Part shown: in pieces, positions 49,622 to 60,230 of the stretch
How positions within the stretch are numbered: position 1 is the first letter of the stretch
Layout: every line of letters starts with the position of its first letter
Assembly (NCBI GenBank): GCA_963666055.2
Contig: CAXWPH010000015.1
Span: forward strand, 416,001 to 480,000
Direction of reading: 5' to 3'
Source: Acidobacteriota bacterium
GTDB taxonomy: Bacteria > Acidobacteriota > UBA890 > WLXD01
Length of the DNA: 64,000 bases
The notes under the pieces: model-generated
What the model was told of the DNA's origin: nothing
Database searches by the model: none
The model's input: only the letters and a program-made list of their open reading frames with translations
Made by a program: the position numbers and the translations under genes

Positions 49622-51466
49622 ATGCAGATCCGCAACACGTTGATCATGGCCGTCGTACTGATCCTCGTCGGCGGCTTTGTCTACTTCTACGAGGTCCAGG
49701 GCCGAGCGGAGCGCGAGGAGACCGAGCGTCAGGAGGAGTTGCTGCTGCACTTCGACTCCGATCAGGTAACCGCGATAGAGGTCACCACTGCCGCCGGCAC
49801 GGTGCGCGCCACCAAGACCGATGGGGACTGGGGCATCGTGGCTCCCGTGACGATCGGCGCCGACGGTGCTGCCATCGACTCGCTGGTCGACCGTATGGAG
49901 CGCGGCAAACACGAACGCCTGATCTCCGAGGCGGCCACTGACCTGGCACCCTATGGTCTCGCAGAACCGGTCGCGCGGGTGACCCTGGAGCTGTCAGATG
50001 GTGGGCGCGCCGCCTTGGCGGTCGGCAATGACACGCCAGTCGGCTACAACGTCTACGTCACGGTCGGCGACGATGGCGATGTCCACAGCGCCATGCGCGG
50101 TATCAAAGATGCGCTCGACAAGTCGCTCTTCGACCTGCGAGACAAGTCGGTGTTGGTGTTCGATGAGGACGAAGTACGCCACATCGAGCTGTCGCGCGGA
50201 ACGTTCCGCGTCGAGCTCGATGCCAAATCCGAGAACGACGGCGACGAGGCGCAGTGGATGGCCACGACACCGTTTGAAGGTCGCGCTGACGGCGACATGA
50301 TCGATGATCTGCTGTCGACGCTGTACACCGCCGAGGCAACGTCCTTCCTTATCGACGCCGAGCCCACGCCGGCGCAGCTCGACGAATACGGTCTCGTGGA
50401 GCCGACCGCGACGATCACGTTGCGCACTGAAGACGATGCGTCGCACGGCCTGATCATCGGCAGTGCGGCACCCGACGAAGATGGCTTCTACGCCATGCGC
50501 GCCGGCGGCACGTCGGTGTTCGTCGTGGAGAGCGATCTGCTCGACGACGTGCCCACAACCGTCGACGGATTGCGCAACAAACAGGTCATTGTGCTGGCGC
50601 GAGCGCGCGTCCGAACGCTCACGGTGCAACGGGCGAGTGCCGCTCCGATTCGCCTCGAGCGCGACGGCACCGACTGGAAAATCACCGAGCCTCGGCAGCT
50701 GGAGGCCGACTCGTCGGTTGTGTCTCGACTGCTCAGCGCGCTCGAGGATCTGCGCGCCGAGGGATTCGCCGCCTCCAGCGCCAGCGCCAACGCCAGCGAG
50801 ACCATCGTCACGGTCGGCTTGGTCGCGGACGGCGACGACGACGGCGTGGTCAGTGAGACGATCGAGGTTCGCACCGGCGGCTCGCGGTCGATCGTGCCAC
50901 TGTCGGAAGCCGACGACGAGGATGCCGAGGAACTCGAGGTTGCCTACGTGAGCACCTCACTCGACGACACCGTCTACTTGGTGCCCACCGAGGACACCTC
51001 CGATTTGGACCTCGACCTGTTCGATCTGCGCGTCAAGACGCTCATCGAGTTCACCCAGGCCAATCTGGACGAGATCCGCATCGAAACCGCCGGGCAGAGC
51101 TACACGCTGACCAAGGCCGGCGGCGACTGGTCACTCACCGCCGGCGGATCGATCGAGACCAGCGACGTCTCCGACCTACTGTGGGACCTCAACTACCTGC
51201 GCATGGAGGGGGTCACCACGGAGTGGTCGGGCACCGCCCCTGATCTGGCGTCGTACGGTTTGGCGTCACCGCGCTATCGACTGCAGGCATCCATCGACGG
51301 TGCGTCGGTGGCCAACATCGAGCTTGGTAGCGAGATCCCGAGCGCAGAGCCTGACGCCTCCAGCCGAGCCTACGCAATCGTCGAGGGCCATAGCGCCGTC
51401 TACGAGATCGCTGCTTCGTTGGCCGACGCTCTCGACACGCTGGTGGAGAAGCTGGAGGGCAGCTGA
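49622..51466 (+). CDS. DUF4340-repeat membrane-anchored protein
   Basis: An N-terminal TM, then repeated W….P….AD…L..L and L..YGL..P / LRDK units, downstream of a GldG-like gene. Confidence 0.75.
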   Translation: MQIRNTLIMAVVLILVGGFVYFYEVQGRAEREETERQEELLLHFDSDQVTAIEVTTAAGTVRATKTDGDWGIVAPVTIGADGAAIDSLVDRMERGKHERLISEAATDLAPYGLAEPVARVTLELSDGGRAALAVGNDTPVGYNVYVTVGDDGDVHSAMRGIKDALDKSLFDLRDKSVLVFDEDEVRHIELSRGTFRVELDAKSENDGDEAQWMATTPFEGRADGDMIDDLLSTLYTAEATSFLIDAEPTPAQLDEYGLVEPTATITLRTEDDASHGLIIGSAAPDEDGFYAMRAGGTSVFVVESDLLDDVPTTVDGLRNKQVIVLARARVRTLTVQRASAAPIRLERDGTDWKITEPRQLEADSSVVSRLLSALEDLRAEGFAASSASANASETIVTVGLVADGDDDGVVSETIEVRTGGSRSIVPLSEADDEDAEELEVAYVSTSLDDTVYLVPTEDTSDLDLDLFDLRVKTLIEFTQANLDEIRIETAGQSYTLTKAGGDWSLTAGGSIETSDVSDLLWDLNYLRMEGVTTEWSGTAPDLASYGLASPRYRLQASIDGASVANIELGSEIPSAEPDASSRAYAIVEGHSAVYEIAASLADALDTLVEKLEGS

Positions 51467-51511
51467 TAGGGTCGCGAATCTGCCAGCGTTCAGACTCCTG
51501 ACCAAGCCTGC

Positions 51512-53533
51512 ATGCCCAACGACCCCGCGTCGCCCGAGAGCCTCGATCCTCAGGGCACCGTATCGCCCCTCGTCCCGGCATCCGTGCGGCTGCCGGAGCT
51601 GACCATCAAGGGCGTTGTTCTCGGGATCCTGCTGGCCATCGTTCTGGGCGGTGCCAACGCCTACCTCGGACTATTCGCCGGCATGACCGTCTCGGCATCG
51701 ATACCGGCTGCGGTGGTATCGATGGCAGTGCTGCGTGGCTTCCGCAACTCGAACATACTCGAGAACAACCTAGTCCAGACGGCGGCTTCGGCCGGTGAGT
51801 CGCTGGCTGCCGGCGTCATCTTCACCATTCCGGCGCTGGTGCTGATGGGGCACTGGGAGTCTTTCGACTATTGGCAGGTGACGGCGGTCGCCGCCGTCGG
51901 CGGGGTTGTGGGCGTGCTCTTCAGCATCCCGCTGCGGCGCGCCCTGGTGGTCGAGGAGCAACTGCGGTTCCCAGAAGGCGTGGCGACCGCCGAGGTGCTC
52001 AAGACCGGCGGCGTGGTGCGTGGCGCCGACGCGGAGACCGCGGGCCTGATCGACGCTGGGGTCGACGAGAACACGCAGCGCAACAGCATCCGCGCTCTCG
52101 GCATCGGGGCACTCGGCGGCGCGGCGATGAAGTTCGCCGAAGCCGGCATGGGCCTGTGGAGCGGGACCTTGACGGTCGGCGGCCGGGCCCTCGGAACCAT
52201 CTGGATTCTCGGCATCAATCTCTCGCCGGCGCTGGTTGGCGTGGGCTACATCGTCGGCTTGAACATTGCCGCGGTGGTATTTGCCGGCGGGGTGATCGCC
52301 TGGTTCATCGGCATCCCGATTTACGTCTGGCAGACGGGGATGCCGGCCGGCAACGCCGTCGACGCCGCCTACGACATCTGGAGCAGCCAGATCCGCTATC
52401 TGGGCGTCGGCGCCATGGTTGTTGGCGGTCTCTGGGCCCTCATCAACCTCATCGGACCCGTGCGTCGCGGAATTGCTTCCGGAATCGCTGCCTACCGCGC
52501 GGCGCGCTCCGACTCGGGGGCGCGCACTGTCCGAACCGAGCTCGACGCGCCGATGAACTACGTGCTCATCGCCACCGCCCTGTGCGTCGTGCCGATGTTC
52601 GCTGTGTACCAGGTAGTCCTCCACCAGGCAGCGATCTCGGCGCTGCTGGCGGTGGTGATGCTCTTCGCCGGGTTCTTCTTCGCCGCCATCGCAGGCTACA
52701 TGGCCGGCCTGGTGGGTTCGTCGAACAACCCGATCTCCGGCGTAACGATCGCCACGATTCTGTTTACGTCTTTCCTGTTGCTCTGGTTGCTGGGGCCGGA
52801 TAATCCGATCGGGCCCCCCGCCGCCGTGTTCGTTGGCGCCATGGTGGCGTGCGCGGCGGCGATTTCCGGCGACACGATGCAGGACCTCAAGGCCGGGCAC
52901 CTGCTGGGAGCGACACCCTGGCGACAGCAGGTCATGGAATTGGTGGGGGTGGTCTCGGCCGCCTTCGTAATGATGCCGGTGTTGTACCTGCTACAGGCAC
53001 GCTACGGAATCGGCCCGCCCACAGCAGCGCAGCCCGACTCGCTTAGTGCACCGCAGGCGACCCTCATGAGCAGCGTGGCGACGGGGGTATTCGAGGGTGG
53101 CCTGCCCTGGACAATGATCATCATCGGCGCGGTGGTCGCGGCATTGATTATCGTGCTCGACAAGACGCTCGAGGCGCGCCAGACAAGCTTCCGGACGCCG
53201 GTCCTGGCGGTCGCCGTCGGTATCTACCTGCCTCTCGAGCTCACCACTTCGATCTTCATAGGCGGTCTCGTTTGGTGGGCAGCGGAGCGCGCCTCGGTGG
53301 CGGGTGGGGGCAAGCAATCGTTGCGCGGCCTGCTGCTGGCTTCGGGCATGATCACCGGTGAGGCGCTCATCGGTATCGGGCTGGCACTGCCGATCATGCT
53401 GTCCAGCTGGTCGCCGGTCTTCGGCGCCGACATGTTCCGCGTGGCTACCGCCCCGCTGGGCGGCTGGCCCGGATTCGTCGGCCTGAGCGCGTTGGCCTAC
53501 GCGATGTACCGCGTCTCGGTGGGCCGCCGCTGA
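51512..53533 (+). CDS. OPT-family oligopeptide transporter
   Basis: ANAYLGL.AG.TVSASIPAAV, ENN.VQT.ASAGES, FPEG.A.A, SNNP.SG and QDLKAG.L.GATP. Confidence 0.9.
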   Translation: MPNDPASPESLDPQGTVSPLVPASVRLPELTIKGVVLGILLAIVLGGANAYLGLFAGMTVSASIPAAVVSMAVLRGFRNSNILENNLVQTAASAGESLAAGVIFTIPALVLMGHWESFDYWQVTAVAAVGGVVGVLFSIPLRRALVVEEQLRFPEGVATAEVLKTGGVVRGADAETAGLIDAGVDENTQRNSIRALGIGALGGAAMKFAEAGMGLWSGTLTVGGRALGTIWILGINLSPALVGVGYIVGLNIAAVVFAGGVIAWFIGIPIYVWQTGMPAGNAVDAAYDIWSSQIRYLGVGAMVVGGLWALINLIGPVRRGIASGIAAYRAARSDSGARTVRTELDAPMNYVLIATALCVVPMFAVYQVVLHQAAISALLAVVMLFAGFFFAAIAGYMAGLVGSSNNPISGVTIATILFTSFLLLWLLGPDNPIGPPAAVFVGAMVACAAAISGDTMQDLKAGHLLGATPWRQQVMELVGVVSAAFVMMPVLYLLQARYGIGPPTAAQPDSLSAPQATLMSSVATGVFEGGLPWTMIIIGAVVAALIIVLDKTLEARQTSFRTPVLAVAVGIYLPLELTTSIFIGGLVWWAAERASVAGGGKQSLRGLLLASGMITGEALIGIGLALPIMLSSWSPVFGADMFRVATAPLGGWPGFVGLSALAYAMYRVSVGRR

Positions 53534-53559
53534 AGCCAGCCGCGACCGATCAGACGGAG

Positions 53560-54744
53560 GTGGCCGCCCCACCACCTATCGGCCGTGACGTACGAAAGCT
53601 GGGCGTGGTCAGCCTGCTCACCGACCTGAGCAGCGAGATGCTCTACGCCGTCGTTCCCCTCTACGTCACCGAGGTGCTGGGCGCTCCAATCAGCGTCGTC
53701 GGGTTGATCGAGGGCGTCGCTGAGAGCACGGCGAGCATGCTCAAGGCCGTCTCGGGTTGGCTGTCGGATCGTACCCGGCGCCGCCGACCCTTGGCGCTCG
53801 CCGGCTACACGTTGTCGGCCATCGCCAAACCGCTGCTGGCGCTGGCTGCCAGCTGGACCTGGGTGCTCGGTGCTCGTGTGGTCGACCGCGCCGGAAAGGG
53901 ATTGCGGGGCCCGGCACGCGACGCCCTGATCGCCGCCTCTACGGCGCCCGAGCATCGCGGCAGGGCGTTCGGGTTCCATCGGGCCATGGATACGACGGGT
54001 GCCGTCATCGGGCCCCTGCTGGCGCTCGCAGCGCTCTCCATCTTCGGCCTGAGCTACGCCAGGCTCTTCCTGCTCGCCGCCGTCCCGGCGTTTGCGGGGA
54101 TCGTCGTGCTCACCCGGGTCGCCGAGATCCGCGGGCCGCTGCCTGAGTCGCCCGCCACGGGTGCCGCACTCGGGGCCTCTCCCGAGCTCCGCCGGTTTCT
54201 GGTGGTCGTTGCTCTGTTCGCCCTCGGCAACAGCAGCAACGTCTTCCTGCTGTTGCGCGCCCGCGATCTGGGCTGGTCGCCAGAGGGCATCCTGGGCCTC
54301 TACGTGATCTACAACCTTACCTACGCGGCCGCGGCAATGCCGGCTGGATCCCTGTCCGACCGCATCGGACGCCGCGGCGTCCTGCTGGCTGGCTTTACGC
54401 TCTCCGGCGTCGTCTATGCGGGCTTTGCGATCGCCGACGATCGTCTCTACGCCGTACCGCTGTTGGCTCTCTATGGGCTCTACGCCGCAGCCTTCGCGGG
54501 TGCCGGCCGTGCCTACGTAAGCGACCTGGCGCAGCGCGGTCGTCTGGCCACCGCCATGGGGCTGTATCAGGCAGTCACCGGCGTGCTCGTCCTAGTGGCC
54601 AGCCTGATCGCCGGAATGTTATGGGAGCGGTTCGGTGCCCATGCACCGTTCATCTTCGGCGCCACCACGTCGTTGGCCGCCGCAGTCCTGTTCGCCATCG
54701 TGTGTCGTGAACAGCAACCACGAGCCGCGGTGCGTGGAGCCTGA
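53560..54744 (+). CDS. MFS transporter
   Basis: GWLSDR..RR, DR.GKG.RG.ARDA and G.LSDRIGRR, in a multi-TM protein. Confidence 0.9.
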   Translation: MAAPPPIGRDVRKLGVVSLLTDLSSEMLYAVVPLYVTEVLGAPISVVGLIEGVAESTASMLKAVSGWLSDRTRRRRPLALAGYTLSAIAKPLLALAASWTWVLGARVVDRAGKGLRGPARDALIAASTAPEHRGRAFGFHRAMDTTGAVIGPLLALAALSIFGLSYARLFLLAAVPAFAGIVVLTRVAEIRGPLPESPATGAALGASPELRRFLVVVALFALGNSSNVFLLLRARDLGWSPEGILGLYVIYNLTYAAAAMPAGSLSDRIGRRGVLLAGFTLSGVVYAGFAIADDRLYAVPLLALYGLYAAAFAGAGRAYVSDLAQRGRLATAMGLYQAVTGVLVLVASLIAGMLWERFGAHAPFIFGATTSLAAAVLFAIVCREQQPRAAVRGA

Positions 54745-54761
54745 TCTTGCCAGCCTCCGGC

Positions 54762-56210
54762 CTACTCGTCGTCAGCGGCCGTTCCGAAGGCCTTGAGCAC
54801 CTCTCGGGTGAGATCCCAGTTGCTGAACCCCTGCCGCCCGTAGTCGAGGCCGCGGCGCACGATCACCAGGTCGTGCGAGGGTACAACGATGGCGTATTGC
54901 CCGCGGTTGCCCGCCGTCGAGTAGGCGTTGCCTGGCACGTCGGTGCGATCGTCGGGTACGAGCCACCACTGGCCACCGTAGAAGTTGCCGCGCGTTGCGG
55001 TGGATGGGGCCGGTTTGCGAGTGAACTCGATCCACTCTTCGGACAATAGCCGTCGGCCGTTCCACATGCCGTGCTGCAGGTAGAGCAGCCCGAACCGGGC
55101 GAGGTCGCGCGCGTTCGTGTAGACCTGGCTGCTGAGGATGAAATCTCCGAAACGATCCACGCTCAGTAGCGTGTTGCGCATGCCGATCGGATCCAGAAGG
55201 GCGCTGCTCGGGTACTGCAGGTATTCCTGATCGTCGCCGATCGCCAGCTTCATGGCGTACACGGCGAGCAGGGTGTCGTAGTTTTCGTAGTCCCAGTGCG
55301 ACCCCGGCGCGCGGATCAGCCCGCGGCTCCGGGCGCCGCGGATCGAGCTGGCGCCGGCCCAGTAGGCCTGTCCCGAGCCGGTGGCGTACTCGAGCCCGGC
55401 GTTGTCGACGGTGTTGAGGCCACTCGACATGTTGAGCACGTGCCTCAAGGTGATCCGGGCGCGCGGATCGGACTCGGCGTCGACGGCCTCCGGAAGCCAC
55501 TCGAAACCGAGCGGCGCATCGAGCTGTAACCGACCCTCATCCACCAGCATGCCAATGAGTGTCACTGCGATGCTCTTTGCCGTCGACCAGGTGCGCGTAC
55601 GCGTGGTCATGTCGACCCCAGGCGCATAGCGCTCGTGGACGATCCGGCCGCGATGAACAACCAACAAACTCAGGGTCACCTGCTCGGGCGACTCACGCTC
55701 GAATGCCCAGTCCGATGCGGCCTGTAGGCTGGCGGCGTTGAGCTCCGGTGGGAACGGCTCCTCGACAACCATGTCGCCATCAGGCCACGGAATGGTGGTT
55801 GGATCACCAGACGGCGGCAGCGTCTCGAGAATCGGTAGGCTGTCGATATCCTCGAAGGTCTGATCGGGCGCCATGATCACGCACCCCAGCCCGTCGCGGA
55901 ACGCCGCGCGCATCACCGGCGTGCCACCGGGTGTCCCGATCGCCACTGCCCGACGATCCCAATCGACGACGTAGTCGCCACCTGCAGGCGTACCCACCGG
56001 CTGTCGTAGATACGCTAGCTCCTGCTCAAAGACGTGCTCGAGCGTGCGATTGGATGTGAACAGGCCATTGCACATGAAGATCGCTTGCTGCCCGTACTGG
56101 ATGATGTTGCGGTTGGTACGCCAGTAGTCGTAGGACTCTGCCTGCTGAGCGCTGGTAACTGCCGGAAGCAGGAGCGTGAGAGTTGTGAGTTGGGCCAGCA
56201 GACGCTTCAT
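54762..56210 (-). CDS. Secreted β-lactamase-family serine hydrolase
   Basis: A signal peptide, then SxxK (WSTAKS), L.M.SGL, YxN (YEN), RDLARFGLLYL and YG.QWW. Confidence 0.85.
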   Translation of the reverse strand: MKRLLAQLTTLTLLLPAVTSAQQAESYDYWRTNRNIIQYGQQAIFMCNGLFTSNRTLEHVFEQELAYLRQPVGTPAGGDYVVDWDRRAVAIGTPGGTPVMRAAFRDGLGCVIMAPDQTFEDIDSLPILETLPPSGDPTTIPWPDGDMVVEEPFPPELNAASLQAASDWAFERESPEQVTLSLLVVHRGRIVHERYAPGVDMTTRTRTWSTAKSIAVTLIGMLVDEGRLQLDAPLGFEWLPEAVDAESDPRARITLRHVLNMSSGLNTVDNAGLEYATGSGQAYWAGASSIRGARSRGLIRAPGSHWDYENYDTLLAVYAMKLAIGDDQEYLQYPSSALLDPIGMRNTLLSVDRFGDFILSSQVYTNARDLARFGLLYLQHGMWNGRRLLSEEWIEFTRKPAPSTATRGNFYGGQWWLVPDDRTDVPGNAYSTAGNRGQYAIVVPSHDLVIVRRGLDYGRQGFSNWDLTREVLKAFGTAADDE

Positions 56211-56500
56211 GGTGTTTCCCTCCTGGCAGCAGCCTGTCGTGAAAGTGTGCGGCTCACATACTCCCACACGTTCTTCGCCGCCAGCGTTGACTTCGAAGAT
56301 GCGCCGATTAACGGATACAGCTGAGGGCGCCGACCCGCGAGCGGATCGATCTTCGTCGAGACCTCCCGAGCCACCAGACTAGCGGGACGCTGGAAGACAA
56401 TCCGCACGCCCGCAGCGTGGGCGCGCCGGAAGCTCTCACGCTGTACGCGGCCGACCTGGCGCTCCTTGTCGAGCGACTCGGGCAGGAGATCGCCGCGATT

Positions 56501-59491
56501 CTATTGCCCTACATCTCCGTTCTCATCGACCTTCACGACAAGCCAGCGACCGACGTAGGCGCTCGGATCGATGTCCGACAGTCGAGCACGCCTTCGACCC
56601 TGTCGCGTCATTGTCGTTACCTCGACCTCCACGAGGGCCTCTCTCGCCAGCCCGAAGTGCACGGGCATGGCGTTCTGAGAGTTGTAGCCAGACCCGGTGT
56701 CGACGATCCGCGTTCCGAGCAGCGCGCCGCTCGCTGCATCGAACAGGCGAACTTCTGCGCCGGCGCGCGTGTAGTGGCCGTCCGCGTCGAGAACGAGCAC
56801 CTGCAGCGACCTGCGGGCGCGTTCGTCAACCTGTGAGTTCAGCAGCAGGTAGTGCATACCCGCCGCTGAACCGCCGGTGAGCGCCAGGTCGAGGTCGCCA
56901 TCGCCATCCATGTCGGCCCAGTGGGCGCCATGGTCCGATTCTTGATCACCGACCACCGGCGGCGTGACGTCGGTGAACCGGTCACCGTCGTTGTGGAACA
57001 GGTAGTCACGGTAGTTGCGGCCGCCGCTGACGGTACCGTTGACATACAGGTCGGGACGGCCGTCGTTGTCGTAGTCGCCCCATGTCGCCGTGTCGTAGCG
57101 GCTGTCGATGGCCAGCCCCATGCGTGGCGCGACGTTCTCGAACGTACCGTTCCCGAGGTTCCGGAAGAGACCATTGGGTCCGTAGTTGGCCATGAAGACG
57201 TCGAGCTTCCCATCGCTGTCAAAATCCGCAATGGCTGGCCTCACGGTGCCAAACGACGAGTTTCCGAGCATCCGTCCGCCGTTGTCCAGACCGGCCTGTG
57301 CGGCCACATCAACGAAGCGCGAACGATCATTGCGGAACAACCCGTTGGCGTCGCCATCCATGTTGGCGACCAGGAGATCGAGATCACCGTCCTCATCGAA
57401 ATCGAACCACGCGGCGCCGACGGTGCGGCGCGGATCGTCCACGCCCAGAGCTTGGGCGACGTTGGTAAACCTGCCGTCGTCGTTTCGGTACAGGGCGTTG
57501 GGCTTGTCGCGCAGGCCGACGAACAGGTCGAGATCTCCATCGATGTCGTAGTCGACCCAGCTCACCTGCCGAAAGCTACCGGTCATCTCGAGCCCGGCAG
57601 CTTCCGTCACGTCGGTGAACCGCCCCCCGTCGCCGGTGTTCTCGTACAGCTTGCTCGAGCTTCCCTGACGCGAAACGAAGCCGACGAACAAATCCAGGTG
57701 CCCGTCGCCGTTGTAGTCGCCCCAGGCCGAGGCCCGCGTCACGTCGTTGTCGGCAACACCGACCTGCGCGGCCACATCGGTGAATGTCCCGCCGTCGTTT
57801 CGGTACAGCCGGTTGGCGCGTTGATTGAAGCCCACGAAGATGTCCAGGTCGCCATCGTTGTCGTAGTCGGCGATTGCGTTGGTGTAGGTGTTGCCGGCAC
57901 CGAACACATCCTCTTGCACGGTCTCGAACTGCGGCCGCCAATCAGTGAACGGTTTGCGCGGCATGCGTTCGTCAACCATCGCTGCCTGATAGGCCAGGCT
58001 GGCGAGAACAACCGAGTTGATCTTCAGATCCTCGGGCAGCAGCTTGTCGAACACATCCATGTTCGTGTGGTGGGTTCGGGTGCGGTATTCGATGCGATCC
58101 TGCAGGATCTGGAACCCGGGCAACCCCGCCTCATCGAACGACAGCTGATCGGAGCCGCGATTGCTGAAGTTCGACAGGGTGCCGACCTTGAGATCGTCGA
58201 ATGGCTTCATCCACGCCTCGAAGATCGGCGCAACGAATTGGTTGCCCTGCTGGTGAATTCCACGAACCTGACCTGTGCCGTTGTCCATGTTGAAGTAAAC
58301 CGAGAAGTTCTCGTAGTCGGCCTTCACGCCGTCTCGAGGATTCCCGAAATGCTCGGCCACGTAGGCGCGGGAGCCGCGTAGCCCGCCCTCTTCGTTGCTC
58401 CAAAGCGCAACCCGTATCGTGCGGCGCGGCGCCACACCGATGGCCTTCAAGATACGCATGGCCTCCAGGACACACGCCGATCCGGAAGCATTGTCGGTGG
58501 CGCCAGTGCCGGAGTGCCAGGAGTCGAGATGGGCGCCGATCATGACGACCTGGTGCGCCAAATCGCTGCCCGGAATCTCGCCGATCACGTTGTATTCCTG
58601 GCTGTCGCGCTCCTCGATGCGGATGCGGACCTCCGCTTCCATCGTCACCGAGACGTTGGCGGCGGCCAAACGATACATCCGGCCATAGTGTTCCGGTGCG
58701 ATGTACAGCGTCGGAAGGCTATGGCGCACCGATGCCGGCGACCGGTCGCGTCTGCCGGTGACGAAGACCGTGCCGTCCCCGCCTTGGGCGGCCACCAGAA
58801 CCACGGCAACACCCTCGGACCTGAAGAACTCCTCCAGCTCATCGGCGCCGAGATCTTCACGCCGCGGCGGATTTCGGGTCCACTCTTCCTCGCGCCGCAA
58901 AGCATTGTTCCGGTCCACGCCTTCCTCGACAAACGTCGCCAACGATCCATCGTCGTGTCGGATCGCAGCCGGCTTGAATCGTGGACCGTATTGCCGCATC
59001 GGTGTGGAGAGCACGATTGCGCCCTGCAGACGGCCGCGATAATCCTCCAATTCCGCATTGCTTCCGATATCGGCAATCACGACCTCGCCGCTGATCTTCC
59101 CGTTGGTCCCGGCGGTGAAAGCCTGTGGGTAGCCGATCAATGGCTGGTAGTCGGGCTCCAGCATGTGCAGCGAAACGTATTCGACGTCCCAGTTCACACC
59201 GTGCTCGCCCCATGGCGCGATCGTCGCGTTGCTGAGCCCGATCTGTTGCATCGTGCTCAAAGCCCATTCTTGCGACTCACGCATGTTGGCAGAGCCTGAG
59301 ACCCTCGGACCTATTACGTCCGTGAGGTGCCACGCATAGTCGATCACCTGAGAACGGTTGAAGCCCTCGTCGCGGATCCTCTCAACTGCCTGCCAATACA
59401 GGTTCCCTTGTGATCGAACGGGTGTGCCCGTTAGCAGCACGGCGGCAATGATCAGAAGGGAACCGAACACCCTCGAAGCAACGCGGCTCAT
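56501..59491 (-). CDS. Secreted M28 peptidase fused to FG-GAP/VCBS repeats and an ASPIC/UnbV domain
   Basis: GAHLDSW, DNASGS, EEGGL.GS and HHTNMD, then DYDNDGD.D repeats and GSGYNSQN…HFGL. Confidence 0.88.
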   Translation of the reverse strand: MSRVASRVFGSLLIIAAVLLTGTPVRSQGNLYWQAVERIRDEGFNRSQVIDYAWHLTDVIGPRVSGSANMRESQEWALSTMQQIGLSNATIAPWGEHGVNWDVEYVSLHMLEPDYQPLIGYPQAFTAGTNGKISGEVVIADIGSNAELEDYRGRLQGAIVLSTPMRQYGPRFKPAAIRHDDGSLATFVEEGVDRNNALRREEEWTRNPPRREDLGADELEEFFRSEGVAVVLVAAQGGDGTVFVTGRRDRSPASVRHSLPTLYIAPEHYGRMYRLAAANVSVTMEAEVRIRIEERDSQEYNVIGEIPGSDLAHQVVMIGAHLDSWHSGTGATDNASGSACVLEAMRILKAIGVAPRRTIRVALWSNEEGGLRGSRAYVAEHFGNPRDGVKADYENFSVYFNMDNGTGQVRGIHQQGNQFVAPIFEAWMKPFDDLKVGTLSNFSNRGSDQLSFDEAGLPGFQILQDRIEYRTRTHHTNMDVFDKLLPEDLKINSVVLASLAYQAAMVDERMPRKPFTDWRPQFETVQEDVFGAGNTYTNAIADYDNDGDLDIFVGFNQRANRLYRNDGGTFTDVAAQVGVADNDVTRASAWGDYNGDGHLDLFVGFVSRQGSSSKLYENTGDGGRFTDVTEAAGLEMTGSFRQVSWVDYDIDGDLDLFVGLRDKPNALYRNDDGRFTNVAQALGVDDPRRTVGAAWFDFDEDGDLDLLVANMDGDANGLFRNDRSRFVDVAAQAGLDNGGRMLGNSSFGTVRPAIADFDSDGKLDVFMANYGPNGLFRNLGNGTFENVAPRMGLAIDSRYDTATWGDYDNDGRPDLYVNGTVSGGRNYRDYLFHNDGDRFTDVTPPVVGDQESDHGAHWADMDGDGDLDLALTGGSAAGMHYLLLNSQVDERARRSLQVLVLDADGHYTRAGAEVRLFDAASGALLGTRIVDTGSGYNSQNAMPVHFGLAREALVEVEVTTMTRQGRRRARLSDIDPSAYVGRWLVVKVDENGDVGQ

Positions 59492-59779
59492 CTATCGAGC
59501 TCCTTCCGAACTTGAGGCAAGTACAAACACCGGTGGAGGTTGCGACATCGTACCGGACGCCGGGTGTGTGGAGCAGCCGCAGTCACCACACCTGTACACC
59601 CGCAGCGCAAGAGCAAGGCCCTCAGACGCGCGGGTGCTATCAAGTTAGCGAGGCGAGTCCGGTTGAAGAGATTCCGGACAGCGCCGGGCGACGCTGTTTC
59701 ACGCCAAAGTTCAGCGTCGCATGCTCGGCAGACAGAATCGCGCAATCCCTTGGCCTACTCGGGATTTCAGCGGGAAGAC

Positions 59780-59830
59780 TGGCGGGGCCGACGGGATTTG
59801 AACCCGCGATCTCCGGCTTGACAGGCCGGC
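59780..59830 (-). tRNA. 3' fragment of tRNA-Asp(GTC), att-site type
   Basis: The reverse complement is GCCGGCCTGTCAAGCCGGAGATCGCGGGTTCAAATCCCGTCGGCCCCGCCA; no D-arm or 5' acceptor strand is present upstream. Confidence 0.8.
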
Positions 59831-59946
59831 TCCAGACAACATCTAAACTGTTCGTAACACGCGACTTATCCACACACGAAAAAAGCGCGTGTAGCCACTG
59901 TGTAGCCTCCCCTGACCGCTGGACCTGGTGTTGGTTCGTTGGATTG

Positions 59947-59986
59947 GGGGTGGAGCAGTCAGGTAGCCTGTCGGGCTCATAACCCG
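59947..59986 (+). tRNA. 5' fragment of tRNA-fMet(CAT)
   Basis: GGGGTGGAGCAGTCAGGTAGCCTGTCGGGCTCATAACCCG; the T-arm and 3' end are absent. Confidence 0.75.
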
Positions 59987-60176
59987 GGTAGCGCGCTCAG
60001 GGGAGCCTCCCCCCTGGTTCCACTTTTGGTTCCACATTTCCCCAGGTAATCCCTGCCGCTAGCAAGAATCACCAACGATCACAGATCACGGCGGTTGGCT
60101 GCCATCCAGCGCGCTCTCAGCGATTTCGAGTGATGATCGGCACTTACGCACGCACCTGCGAAGTGACCCGACCAGA

Positions 60177-60230
60177 ACTCAAAATCCGGTGGGCTTACGC
60201 TCGTGAGGGTTCGAGTCCCTCCCTCGGTAC
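60177..60230 (+). tRNA. 3' fragment of tRNA-Leu(CAA), att-site type
   Basis: ACTCAAAATCCGGT, a long variable arm, then GAGGGTTCGAGTCCCTC CCTCGGTAC; the 5' half is absent. Confidence 0.75.

Noticed and set aside
56921-58381. Long antisense ORFs (e.g. 56921-58381, 42948-44153, 51770-52900, 7174-8199)
   Set aside because: They are shadow frames of well-supported genes in high-GC DNA.
59947-60230. Split, permuted or intron-containing tRNA formed from the fragments
   Set aside because: The 5' half is fMet while the 3' halves are Leu and Asp, each with its own anticodon, and the acceptor strands do not pair.
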